From Dehalococcoidia bacterium (GTDB taxonomy: Bacteria; Chloroflexota; Dehalococcoidia; Lucifugimonadales; UBA2985), in contig DAOUJW010000005.1 in assembly GCA_034422115.1 (NCBI GenBank), forward strand, positions 64,292 through 128,291: a stretch of 64,000 nucleotides of DNA, given 5' to 3'. The notes beneath the pieces were generated by a model. The model had not been told where the DNA came from. It made no database searches and worked only from the letters and a program-made list of their open reading frames with translations. Numbering within the stretch: position 1 is the first letter of the stretch; every line of letters starts with the position of its first letter. Of the stretch, positions 37,710-46,419 are shown in pieces. Position numbers and translations under genes: made by a program.

Positions 37710-38414
37710 CTAAGCCGGCACGGGCGTTGAGCGGCTGGCCGGGTGCGCCTCCTGGTACTCGTCGGCCAGGCGCGGGAGGTCAGAGGCCCGCATGTACGAC
37801 CAGTCGATGCTCTCAGCGGTGCTCCTGAGCATACCCACCAGCATCACAATCTCCTGACCGGCCTCGCCGGGCGGGTCCCAGAGCCACGCCAGGGTCACGC
37901 GCTCGGCGCGGTCGTCGTTGAAGATGCGCCGCAGCACCTCTATGCTGGGGTTGTGGAGGATGGCGCTGGGAAAGGCGCTGGTGGGGTCGTAGCCCTCCGC
38001 CAGCACACCTATGATGGGGTCGCGGCCGGACTCACCGAACCGCACGCCCAGGTAGCGGGCCCGGGCCGTGTTGCTGGAGTCGTCCAGGGCCCGGAGCACG
38101 CTGTCGTCCAGCCACAGGTGGTAGTCGGCTATGTCCGGGTTGGCGGGTATGGTCTGAGCCTCCGGCTGACGGACTCCTCTAAGCGGCTCAATGACCGGCA
38201 GCGCCAGTGAGCCAATCAGCCCGACGATGATGAAGAAGGCGATTGCCTTCAGCAGGAATGAGACGGGGATACCGGCGATGGTGGCCGGGCCCTCCGGCTC
38301 CGGCAGGTTGGACAGCTCCTCGATCTCGTCAGGGTCCGGGAACTCCCAGTCCTGGTAGTCGTCGTCAGGGTTTGGGGGCCTTCTTCTCACAGTGGCAGCC
38401 CACCCCTCCCCCAC
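37710..38414 (-). CDS. Hypothetical single-pass membrane protein
   Basis: Acidic N-terminus, a TM segment (FLLKAIAFFIIVGLIGSLALPV) and an extracytoplasmic domain. The first codons overlap a family B repeat, so an alternative GTG start at 38390 is possible. Confidence 0.6.
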   Translation of the reverse strand: MGEGWAATVRRRPPNPDDDYQDWEFPDPDEIEELSNLPEPEGPATIAGIPVSFLLKAIAFFIIVGLIGSLALPVIEPLRGVRQPEAQTIPANPDIADYHLWLDDSVLRALDDSSNTARARYLGVRFGESGRDPIIGVLAEGYDPTSAFPSAILHNPSIEVLRRIFNDDRAERVTLAWLWDPPGEAGQEIVMLVGMLRSTAESIDWSYMRASDLPRLADEYQEAHPASRSTPVPA

Positions 38415-38443
38415 CTGGATTCCTGCTTCCGCAGGAATGACGG
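38401..38443 (+). repeat. Family B repeat (second-hairpin module) inside a 78-bp segment flanked by 17-bp direct repeats
   Basis: cacccctcccccacctggATTCCTGCttccGCAGGAATgacgg. GGGGGCCTTCTTCTCAC occurs at both 38374-38390 and 38469-38485. Confidence 0.8.
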
Positions 38444-38578
38444 TGAAGGATAAAATGCGTCCGGGCTGGGGGGCCTTCTTCTCACGGCGATGGCCTTATG
38501 TGCTTGCATACGCTTGGCAGCACTGTGAAGTCCTTCATCATGATTGAGGTGGATAGCTCAAAGTTAGCGGCTCCATTC

Positions 38579-38672
38579 CCGCTCATGGTGAGCCTGTCGA
38601 ACCATTTGAGCGGGAATAGTGCGGGCGTATGCGCCCCTCGCTCATTTCCTTCGACAAGCTCAGGATGAGCGG
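38579..38672. repeat. Family A repeat pair
   Basis: CCGCTCAtggtGAGCCTGTCGAaccatTTGAGCGG (38579-38613) and a reverse unit ..GCTCAtttccTTCGACAAGCTCaggaTGAGCGG ending at 38672. Nearly identical in layout to 41198-41293. Confidence 0.85.
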
Positions 38673-38676
38673 AACC

Positions 38677-38712
38677 TCCACCCCTGGATTCCGGCTTCCG
38701 CCGGAATGACGG
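38677..38712 (+). repeat. Family B repeat (second-hairpin module, compensated stem)
   Basis: ctccacccctggATTCCGGCttccGCCGGAATgacgg. Confidence 0.75.
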
Positions 38713-38773
38713 CAATATGGAACTGCGAGCAAAGCCATACAAAGTCCAATCAAGTGGGGAAGTACGGCGCGGG

Positions 38774-39847
38774 CTACCGCCGGACGGCCGCCCGCTCCTT
38801 CATCACGGAGTCCACAACGTCCAGCGCGGCGTCTACGTCCTCCTGCCCAATGCCGTAGTGGGTCACGAACCGCACCCGCGAGCCGTGGGGATGGGAGCCT
38901 CGCAGGCCGCGCGCCTCCGCCTCCCGCAGGAAGCCCGGGGCGTCGCCGTCGGCAAGCTCCAGGATGACGATGTTGGTCTGGATTGTAGTCGGATCGATGA
39001 GAACGCCCGGGATGCGGCTCAGCCCCTCAGCCAGCCAGCGGGCGCTGGCGTGGTCTTCCGCCAGTCGCTCCGTCATCTCGTCCAGGGCAACCAGGGCCGC
39101 AGCCGCCAGGACGCCCGCCTGGCGCATACCGCCGCCCAGCAAGTTGCGGTTGCGGCGCGCCCTCTCAATGAAGTCACGAGGGCCGCAGACAATGGAGCCC
39201 ACGGGACAGGAGAGGCCCTTGGAGAAGCAGAACATCACAGAGTCCACGGAGCGCACAAGCTCCGCCGGGGGCAGGCCAAGGTGCACGGCGGCATTGAAGA
39301 TACGCGCCCCGTCCAGGTGCACGGCGGCGTCCCGGCGGTGGGCCATGTCTGCAATGGCGTCGGTGTACTCAGGAGTCAGCACCCGGCCGCTGCACCGGTT
39401 GTGGGTGTTCTCCAGGCACACCAGGGCCGTGCGCGGGAAGCGGGCCGACGCAGGGCGGATGGCATCCTCAATCGCCTGCGGGTCCATCGTGCCGTCCTCG
39501 GCGTTGTGAAGCTGGCGGTAGGCCACGCCGCCCAGGGTGGAGGCGCCGCCGTACTCGTACAGGTAGATGTGCGACTGGTCTCCGACGATGATCTCGTCTC
39601 CCCGCTGGCAGTGGCTCAGGATGGACGTCAGATTGGCCATGGTGCCGCTGGGGACGAAGACCGCGGCCTCCATGCCCATCATGCGCGCCACCGTTTCTTG
39701 CAGACGATTGACGGTGGGGTCGTCTCCCCAGCCGTCGTCCCCGACCTCTGCGGTTGCCATAGCCTGCCGCATGGCCGGCGTGGGATGGGTCACGGTGTCG
39801 CTGCGCAGGTCTATCTGTCTCAAGGAAGCACCTCCTAACCCATTCAT
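38774..39847 (-). CDS. ltaE: Low-specificity L-threonine aldolase
   Basis: IDLRSDTVTHPTPAMRQAMATAEVGDDGWGDDPTVNRLQE and CFSKGLSCPVGS (PLP lysine region); 357 aa. Confidence 0.9.
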   Translation of the reverse strand: MNGLGGASLRQIDLRSDTVTHPTPAMRQAMATAEVGDDGWGDDPTVNRLQETVARMMGMEAAVFVPSGTMANLTSILSHCQRGDEIIVGDQSHIYLYEYGGASTLGGVAYRQLHNAEDGTMDPQAIEDAIRPASARFPRTALVCLENTHNRCSGRVLTPEYTDAIADMAHRRDAAVHLDGARIFNAAVHLGLPPAELVRSVDSVMFCFSKGLSCPVGSIVCGPRDFIERARRNRNLLGGGMRQAGVLAAAALVALDEMTERLAEDHASARWLAEGLSRIPGVLIDPTTIQTNIVILELADGDAPGFLREAEARGLRGSHPHGSRVRFVTHYGIGQEDVDAALDVVDSVMKERAAVRR

Positions 39848-39921
39848 TCTAACATATGCCCCAAGCGACAGGCGTGCTATAGTATGGTGCAGCCATCGGA
39901 GGCGACAAGGAGCAACTCAGG

Positions 39922-40557
39922 ATGAGCGAGAGGGAGCGAATCGAGTGGGCGGACAGATGGGCGGGAGGCGACTACCAAGGCCGAAGCGCGCCGTCGCCTC
40001 TCATCATCGACTGGGCTGACCGACTGCCCAGGGGCCGCGCCCTGGACCTGGCCTGCGGCAGCGGTCGAAACGCCCTCTACCTTGCCGAGCGCGGCTTCCA
40101 GGTAGACGCAGTCGATATCGCAGAGCCTGCCCTGAAGCTGGTCCAGAACACCGCCCGGGAACGCGGGCTTTCGGTCAACACCATCCTGGCAGACCTGGAC
40201 GACCATCCCCTTCCCGCCGAGACCTACGACTTGATAATCACCAGCTTCTACCTCAACCGCAGCCTGGTACCCAGGATGCAGGACGCCCTCAAGCCCGGAG
40301 GCTTTGTGCTCCACGAGCAGCACTACGCCACCGACCACGACGTGAGCGGCCCCACGGACCCGGACTTCCGCCTGCGCTCCAACGAGCTTCTGCGGCTGTT
40401 CCCGGACTTCCGCGTGCGGTTCTTCTCGGAGGGCCTGGCGTGGGAGTCTGAGCGGGAGGGAGGCCGCCTAATTGCCCTTCAGCAGCTTGTGGCCCAGAAG
40501 CCGCCCGCTGGATTCGAGCCTCCGGCGAGCGGCGGCAGGGAGGCGCGCCTTGGCTGA
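39922..40557 (+). CDS. Class I SAM-dependent methyltransferase
   Basis: RALDLACGSGRNALYLAERGFQVDAVD (motif I); 211 aa. Confidence 0.8.
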   Translation: MSERERIEWADRWAGGDYQGRSAPSPLIIDWADRLPRGRALDLACGSGRNALYLAERGFQVDAVDIAEPALKLVQNTARERGLSVNTILADLDDHPLPAETYDLIITSFYLNRSLVPRMQDALKPGGFVLHEQHYATDHDVSGPTDPDFRLRSNELLRLFPDFRVRFFSEGLAWESEREGGRLIALQQLVAQKPPAGFEPPASGGREARLG

Positions 40558-40573
40558 CATCTCCATCACAGAG

Positions 40574-41176
40574 ATGCTCGCCGGATTTGGCGTAAGCGAC
40601 GCGGGTTCGCAGCAGTCGGCCCTTGAGGCGCTGGTCGCGGCGGGCGTGGTGTCCAGCCGCCCGAACCGCACGCGCATCGCCGCCGACAAGCGGGAGCGGG
40701 TTGGCGAGGTCCTGGCCGAGGCCTTCTTTCAGCACTGCCACAACGGGGACTGCCGCCAGCAGGCCGCCGGCGCCGGCGACCCGCGCGCCCTGCTCCTGGT
40801 CGACCAGCCCTCCTGCCAGGTGTGCGGAGGGTCCACCAACCGGAGCGCCCTGGAGCGGATGGCAAAGTCGTTGAAGAAGGCGGGGGTCAGCCGCGTGCTT
40901 GTGGTCGGCGGCACGGAGGCGCAGGCGCGGGAGATCCGCGACAACTCGCCGAACTCCGTGGAGTGGCGGTTCGTGACCACGCAGACGTCCCGAGACGCCC
41001 GGTACTACCGCAGCGACCGGGACTGGGCAGACGTGATAGTCTTCTGGGCCAGCACTCCCCTCCCCCACAAGGTGTCGCGCCACTTTGAGAGCAAGGGCGA
41101 CGGGCGAAAGGTCTCGGTGACGCGCAGGGGCGTCGCCGCGCTTGCAGAAGAGGTCAGGCAGCACCTGGAGCGGTAG
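40574..41176 (+). CDS. Hypothetical protein with a Cys cluster and a DUF2325-like C-terminal region
   Basis: CHNGDCRQQ...CQVCGGS followed by VLVVGGTEAQAREIRD...ADVIVFWASTPLPHKVS. The start is uncertain: a TTG at 40550 would overlap the previous gene. Confidence 0.5.
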   Translation: MLAGFGVSDAGSQQSALEALVAAGVVSSRPNRTRIAADKRERVGEVLAEAFFQHCHNGDCRQQAAGAGDPRALLLVDQPSCQVCGGSTNRSALERMAKSLKKAGVSRVLVVGGTEAQAREIRDNSPNSVEWRFVTTQTSRDARYYRSDRDWADVIVFWASTPLPHKVSRHFESKGDGRKVSVTRRGVAALAEEVRQHLER

Positions 41177-41197
41177 GCTACTCCCATCCTTTTTTGC

Positions 41198-41293
41198 CCG
41201 CTCATGGTGAGCCTGTCGAACCATTTGAGCGGGAAGAATTCCAGCGCACATGCCCTGCCCGCTCATTTCCTTCGACAAGCTCAGGATGAGCGG
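41198..41293. repeat. Family A repeat pair
   Basis: CCGCTCAtggtGAGCCTGTCGAaccatTTGAGCGG (41198-41232) and CCGCTCAtttccTTCGACAAGCTCaggaTGAGCGG (41259-41293). Confidence 0.85.
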
Positions 41294-41383
41294 GCAGGGC
41301 ACGCAGGCGCCCACATCGCCTGTTGGTCAATGTGCCGCAACAGGCGTATAATGCAGCCAACAGGCGAAGGGCAGGTATCCCGC

Positions 41384-43072
41384 ATGTCCTTTGAGGGTAA
41401 CTGGCAGCTCACCATAACCTCCCCGATGGGGGAGCGTCCGGCGCAGCTCTCCATCACAGAGGCCACCGGCAACCTGGAGGGGTCGCTGACCACTGGCATG
41501 GGCACGGCTCCCGTCTCAGGCCACGCCGATAACGGCTCCGTAGAGTTCAGCGCCACCGTCCAGGGACCCATGGGCGCTATGAAGCTTGACTTCACCGGCG
41601 ACGTTTCCGGCGACGAGGTATCCGGAGAGATGCAGTTTGGCCCCATGGGAAGCGGGCCCTGGCGCGGCGCACGCGTCGAAGATGAGAACGGGCAAGAGCC
41701 GGCCGCCGTGGCGTCTGGAGCCGCGCAGGGAGCAGCTGCCCAGGCCGCGGGCGGTCCGGGCAGAGGCGGCATGGGGCCTGGTGGCGCCGCCGGCACAGCA
41801 ACTATGGGCCGTCCTCCGGGCCTGGGGCTGCGCTCCTTCACCTCCCTGGGCGCGATAAAGCGCACCTTCGACTCCCTGAGTGTGCCGGCCTACCGCAACC
41901 TGTGGATAGGCTTTCTGCTCCAGATGGGCGGCATGCAGATGATGATGCTGTCCGGCGGGTACTACGTCTACGAGCTGACTGGCAGGGCCTCCCTGTTGGG
42001 AGTGGTCACGGCCTCGGGCGCGATACCGGCCGTCTCCCTTGCCCTCTTCGGCGGGGTCTTGGCGGACCGCCTGGACAAGAAACGCATCATTCAGACCGGT
42101 CAGGTTGTCACCCTGATCGCTTCGCTATTTGTGGGTGTGTCCATCACCACGGGCACAATCACGTGGGTGCATCTGCTGGCGGCGGCCTTCGTTCAGGGCA
42201 GCGTCATGCCGCTGATAATGCCCACGCGCCAGGCCATTGTCCCGCAGCTGGTGGGGATGGAGCGGCTGCAGAACGCCGTTGCCCTCAACTCCATGGTGAT
42301 GGGTCTGACCACGATGGTGGCTCCCGCCTTTGCCGGGGGCCTCATCGGCGCCCTAGGGATTGAGCTGGTCTACTACGTCATCGCCGCAATGTTTGTGGTA
42401 GCCCTCTTCTTCACACAGCTCCTGCCCAAACTGAAGAGTACGCCCACAGGCAGACAGGGCTCAATCCTGTCCGACATGAAGGACGGCTTGAAGTACGCCG
42501 CTTCAACCCGGGTGATCTTCCTGCTGCTGTTCCTCTCCTTCTCCACCATAATCCTAGCCATGCCCATACGATTCATACTCCCTGTGTTCGCCGCCGACGT
42601 GTACGAGGTTGGACCGGAGAGGCTGGGCACAATGTTGAGCGCCATTGGCCTGGGGTCCCTGTTCGGGACGCTGGTCATAGCCTTTCTGGGCAAGGTTACC
42701 CGGCGCGGCATAGCGTTGCTCCTGAGCGGAATTCTATCGGGCAGCTTCCTCGTGGGGTTCTCTGCCCTGTCCTACCTGACTCCCATATTCATAGCCGGCA
42801 TAGCTTTCCTGGTGCTGATAGGAGTTGTGCAGGCGGCAAGGATGACCCTGACCAACAGCCTGATGCTGGAGTACGCGGACCCGGAGTATCGGGGCCGGGT
42901 GTTGAGCATCTTCTCCCTGAACATGGGCCTCATGCCCGCGGGAGTGCTTCCCATAACCTTCCTGGCGGACCGGATAGGCGCGCCCCTCTCCCTTGGCATC
43001 ATGGCGGTGTTGCTAATCCTTGTGGCGACGACCATCCTGCTTTCCAGCCCGCGTCTGCGGCGTCTGGAGTAG
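41384..43072 (+). CDS. MFS transporter with an about 170-aa N-terminal soluble extension
   Basis: The 12-TM MFS body begins around FDSLSVPAYRNLWIGFLLQMGG. The N-terminal part is MSFEGNWQLTITSPMGERPAQLSITEATGNLEGSL plus a Gly/Ala-rich linker. The ORF 5' end (41204-41300) is repeat sequence. An alternative ATG exists at 41351. Confidence 0.75.
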   Translation: MSFEGNWQLTITSPMGERPAQLSITEATGNLEGSLTTGMGTAPVSGHADNGSVEFSATVQGPMGAMKLDFTGDVSGDEVSGEMQFGPMGSGPWRGARVEDENGQEPAAVASGAAQGAAAQAAGGPGRGGMGPGGAAGTATMGRPPGLGLRSFTSLGAIKRTFDSLSVPAYRNLWIGFLLQMGGMQMMMLSGGYYVYELTGRASLLGVVTASGAIPAVSLALFGGVLADRLDKKRIIQTGQVVTLIASLFVGVSITTGTITWVHLLAAAFVQGSVMPLIMPTRQAIVPQLVGMERLQNAVALNSMVMGLTTMVAPAFAGGLIGALGIELVYYVIAAMFVVALFFTQLLPKLKSTPTGRQGSILSDMKDGLKYAASTRVIFLLLFLSFSTIILAMPIRFILPVFAADVYEVGPERLGTMLSAIGLGSLFGTLVIAFLGKVTRRGIALLLSGILSGSFLVGFSALSYLTPIFIAGIAFLVLIGVVQAARMTLTNSLMLEYADPEYRGRVLSIFSLNMGLMPAGVLPITFLADRIGAPLSLGIMAVLLILVATTILLSSPRLRRLE

Positions 43073-43094
43073 CGCCGCAATCGGATATGACGAA

Positions 43095-43122
43095 CGTAGG
43101 GGCGGTTCGCGAACCGCCCCTA
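43095..43122. terminator. 28-nt perfect palindrome (family D) between convergent genes
   Basis: GTAGGGGCGGTTCGCGAACCGCCCCTAC, identical to 7192-7219. It lies between the MFS stop (43072) and the leuS stop (43193). Confidence 0.6.
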
Positions 43123-43129
43123 CGTGGTT

Positions 43130-43165
43130 TCCCCCATCCTAACCTTCCCCCACAAGCGAGGGAAG
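43130..43165. repeat. Family C repeat copy
   Basis: cccccatcctaaCCTTCCCccacaagcgaGGGAAGG; compare with 3790-3826. Confidence 0.55.
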
Positions 43166-43192
43166 GGACATTATGTGCAGACTACCCTTCCC

Positions 43193-45688
43193 CTACCCCA
43201 CCACCACGTTCACAAGGCGGCCGGGCACGTATATGACCTGCCTGACCTGGACGCCCTCCAGGTAGGGCTGCACGCGGCTGCTCTCCATAGCCAGCTGCCT
43301 GGCCTCATCCTCGGCAATAGAGGCCTCCACCTGGATGCGGTCGCGCACCCTGCCGTTCACCTGCACCACCAGGGTTATCTCCTCGTCACGGGCCAGCTCC
43401 TCGTCCCATGCCGGCAGCGTCTGGTTGTGGATGCTGTAGGCGTGCCCCGTCCGCTCCCAGAGCTCCTCGGTTACGTGCGGGGCGATGGGCGCCAGCAGGA
43501 GCAGCAGCTTCTCCACGGCGTCCCGCCAGCTTGCGGAGTCCAGCCCGCCGTCGTCCCAGGCGCGGCCCATGTGGTTGGTCAACTCCATCATGGCAGCCAG
43601 AGCGGTGTTGAACTTGAACCGCTCCATATCGTCCTCCACCTTCCTGACGGTCTTGTGTGTCATGCGCACCAGCGACCGCACGGCCTCGTCGTCCATTGCC
43701 TGCCCGTCCAGGGTCGAGGCGTCACGCTGGGCGATGTCCCAGACGCGGTTGAGCCATCGGGCCATGCCGTTGATGCCCGCATCCGACCACTCGCCGCCCT
43801 GGTCCCAGGGGCCCAGGAACATCAGGTAGGTGCGCACCACGTCCGCGCCCTGCTCCTGTACGTAGGGGTCCGGCGTGATGACGTTGCCGCGGGACTTGCT
43901 CATCTTCTGTCGGTCGGCAATTATGGTTCCCTGGTTGAACAGCCGCAGGTATGGCTCGTCGTACTCAACCAGGCCCAGGTCTCGCAGCGCCTTGTTGAAG
44001 AAGCGTGAGTACATCAGGTGCATCACCGCGTGCTCCGCGCCGCCGGTGTACTGGTTCACCGGCAGCCAGCCCCTGGACGCCTCCGGGTCGAAGGGGCCCT
44101 GGTCGTACTTGGGGCTGGCGTAACGCAGGTGATACCAGGAGGAGTCCACGAAGGTGTCCATGGTGTCCGTCTCCCTCTGGGCGGGCGCGCCGCAGCCGGG
44201 GCAGTCGACGTTCAGGAACTCCTCGTGGTACTTCAGGGGCGACTCTCCGGTGGGTCTGAACTGGGCGTCCTCTGGCAGCAGCACCGGCAGGTCCTCCTCC
44301 GGCACCGGCACAACGCCACAACCATCGCAGTACAGCATGGGAATGGGCGTGCCCCAGTAGCGCTGGCGGGAGATGAGCCAGTCCCGCAGCCTGTAGGACA
44401 CCGTGCGGCTGCCCCAGCCGCTGGCCTCAACGTGGTCGGCAATGCGCTCCTTGCCCTCGACCACAGGCAGGCCGTCAAAGGGGCCGGAGTTCACCTGCGT
44501 CCCGTCCTCAACGTGGGCTTCCGCCAGCTCTCCGCCGTCCCAGCCTGGCGGGGCGATGACGACGCGTATGTCCAAGCCGTACTTCTTGGCGAATTCGAAG
44601 TCGCGCTGGTCGTGGGCCGGAACGCCCATGACGATACCCGTGCCGTATGTGAGCAGCACGTAGTCAGCGACGAAGATGGGCACGCGATCCCCGTTCAGGC
44701 GGTTGACGGCGTAGGAGCCGGTGAAGACGCCCGACTTCTCCCGCTCCGTCGATAGCCGCTCCACTTCCGACTGCCTGCGCGCCTCCTCTATGTAGGCGTC
44801 GACCTCCGCCCGGCGGTCGGCGGTGGTCAGCCTGTCCACCAAGGGGTGCTCCGGCGCAATGACCACGAAGGTGACGCCATAGATGGTGTCTATTCGAGTC
44901 GTGAAGGTGCGGATCTCGGTCTCCTCCAGCCCGTACTCGGAGATGTCAAAGCTGATCTCCACGCCCTCGCTGCGGCCAATCCAGTTGGTCTGCATGGTCT
45001 TGATGCGCTCCGGCCAGTCCAGGAGGCCGGAGAAGTCCAGCAGCTCCTCCGCGTACCTGGTGATGCCGAAGAACCACTGCTCCAGGTCACGGCGGGAGAC
45101 GGAGGCCTCGCACCGTTCGCACTTGCCGTCGACCACCTGCTCGTTGGCGAGCACCGTCTGGCAGGAGGGGCACCAGTTGGCCGGGGCGTTGTCGCGATAG
45201 GCCAGCCCGGCCTTGTAGAACTGGAGGAATATCCACTGGTTCCACCTGTAGTACTCAGGCAGGGCGCAGATTATCTCCCGGTCCCAGTCGTAGACGGGGC
45301 CCATTGAGCTGAGCTGCTTGCGCATGTTCTCGATGTTGCCCATAGTCCACTGGTAGGGGTGGATGCCCCGGCGAATGGCGGCGTTCTCCGCCGGCAGCCC
45401 GAAAGCGTCGAACCCCATTGGGTGCAGGACGTTGTAGCCCTGCATACGGCGGAAGCGGGCGTGGGCGTCCGAGGGGGCCATGGCGTACCAGTGGCCTATG
45501 TGCAGGTCGCCTGAGGGATATGGGTACATGGTGAGCTCGTACCACTTGGGGCGGGGGTCGTCGTCCTTGACCTGGTATAGATTGTCCGTGCTCCAGCGTT
45601 CCTGCCACTTGGCGTCAAGCTCCCGGGGGTCGTATCTTCGCTCAGGGGTACGAGGCCTGGCGTCGGACGTGTTTGTTTCTTCTGGCAT
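43193..45688 (-). CDS. leuS: Leucyl-tRNA synthetase
   Basis: 831 aa; YPSGDLHIGH (HIGH) and KMSKSRGN (KMSKS). Confidence 0.97.
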   Translation of the reverse strand: MPEETNTSDARPRTPERRYDPRELDAKWQERWSTDNLYQVKDDDPRPKWYELTMYPYPSGDLHIGHWYAMAPSDAHARFRRMQGYNVLHPMGFDAFGLPAENAAIRRGIHPYQWTMGNIENMRKQLSSMGPVYDWDREIICALPEYYRWNQWIFLQFYKAGLAYRDNAPANWCPSCQTVLANEQVVDGKCERCEASVSRRDLEQWFFGITRYAEELLDFSGLLDWPERIKTMQTNWIGRSEGVEISFDISEYGLEETEIRTFTTRIDTIYGVTFVVIAPEHPLVDRLTTADRRAEVDAYIEEARRQSEVERLSTEREKSGVFTGSYAVNRLNGDRVPIFVADYVLLTYGTGIVMGVPAHDQRDFEFAKKYGLDIRVVIAPPGWDGGELAEAHVEDGTQVNSGPFDGLPVVEGKERIADHVEASGWGSRTVSYRLRDWLISRQRYWGTPIPMLYCDGCGVVPVPEEDLPVLLPEDAQFRPTGESPLKYHEEFLNVDCPGCGAPAQRETDTMDTFVDSSWYHLRYASPKYDQGPFDPEASRGWLPVNQYTGGAEHAVMHLMYSRFFNKALRDLGLVEYDEPYLRLFNQGTIIADRQKMSKSRGNVITPDPYVQEQGADVVRTYLMFLGPWDQGGEWSDAGINGMARWLNRVWDIAQRDASTLDGQAMDDEAVRSLVRMTHKTVRKVEDDMERFKFNTALAAMMELTNHMGRAWDDGGLDSASWRDAVEKLLLLLAPIAPHVTEELWERTGHAYSIHNQTLPAWDEELARDEEITLVVQVNGRVRDRIQVEASIAEDEARQLAMESSRVQPYLEGVQVRQVIYVPGRLVNVVVG

Positions 45689-46041
45689 TACGGGTCTCCT
45701 CTAATCGGTTGCACGATGTGATGAGCTCTCAAACCCGTGCACTAGGATACCACGAGTTCAGGGATGTGGTGAGCATACGGACGTATCCCGGAGAGAGGGC
45801 TGAGGGCGTAGCGGATGGAAGAGGAAACTAAAGGACAACGCAGTCCGCCCAGCGGAGCAATGCCAGAACCCCGCCTTCCGAGCGAACTACGCTTGATACC
45901 TCTGACGAAGAGATCATGAGGAAAGCATTCTATCAAGTCTGGGGCGTGGTTGCAATGCCGTGGTTGATGGTAGCCTCCCCGTCTGATATCTGGATTACGC
46001 GCCGTAAACTAACATATAAGGTCTGACCGAGAACATTCCGT

Positions 46042-46072
46042 AGAAAAGCTAAGGCTGCCTAAAGGCAGCCTT
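46042..46072 (-). terminator. Intrinsic terminator on the minus strand in an ORF-free region
   Basis: AAGGCTGCC-ttta-GGCAGCCTT is a 9-bp stem, followed on the minus strand by AGCTTTTCT. Confidence 0.55.
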
Positions 46073-46204
46073 GCGCCCTGCTGCCGAAGCACACAGGGGG
46101 TGTATTTGCACGTTACCCTACCCTGTTATGGCTGTCAAGCTCATATAAGCGCAAATGTGTCGTCGGTTAGAAGCCCTGGAGGGAAGCCGAGCCCGCCAAG
46201 CTCC

Positions 46205-46233
46205 TTGACAACCCGCCTGGTCTAAGCTATCGT
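46205..46233 (+). promoter_or_regulatory. Sigma-70-like promoter
   Basis: TTGACA (46205-46210), 17-nt spacer, TATCGT (46228-46233). Confidence 0.4.
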
Positions 46234-46239
46234 CATTCG

Positions 46240-46388
46240 CGCAACCCAGACTTGGGAAGATGTGTGCGCTTACCTATGTTCAACAATCCAGGAACCACCT
46301 CCCCCCCCCCCACATCCTTCAAGCGTGGGCATAGTCCCACAAGCGGGGCTATCGATTAGGAATCCTCTCATAGTGAGAGGGTTTTTTT
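46240..46388 (+). ncRNA. Candidate small RNA or cis-regulatory leader of about 150 nt
   Basis: Bounded by the promoter-like site and the terminator at 46364-46388. Contains CCTCCCCCCCCCCCC (C11 run at 46301-46311) and the hairpin GTGGG-catagt-CCCAC. No ORF. Confidence 0.3.
46364..46388 (+). terminator. Intrinsic terminator immediately upstream of the DUF47-Pit operon
   Basis: CCTCTCA-tag-TGAGAGG followed by GTTTTTTT. Confidence 0.65.
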
Positions 46389-46419
46389 GTGGCCGAAACA
46401 CAGAGCGTCGGAGGATGCC

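Noticed and set aside
38717-41314. 373-aa + strand ORF opposite ltaE, and 341-aa minus-strand ORF opposite the methyltransferase and the 40574..41176 gene
   Set aside because: These are antisense shadow ORFs. The opposite strands carry clear family signatures.
45918-45935. GAGGAAAG string resembling the start of the RNase P RNA P4 element
   Set aside because: The following bases (cattctatc) do not continue the conserved GAGGAAAGUCCGGGC motif, and no matching 3' P4 half is seen.
45689-45960. T-box riboswitch upstream of leuS
   Set aside because: On the minus strand there is a CTTGATA...TATCAAG stem containing CUC/CUU codons. Near the start codon there is a GUGGUAUCC element whose UGGU would match a discriminator-A tRNA. 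However, the match to the T-box consensus (GGGUGGUACCGCG) and the other conserved boxes is too weak to call by eye. The decisive test is an Infernal scan with RF00230.
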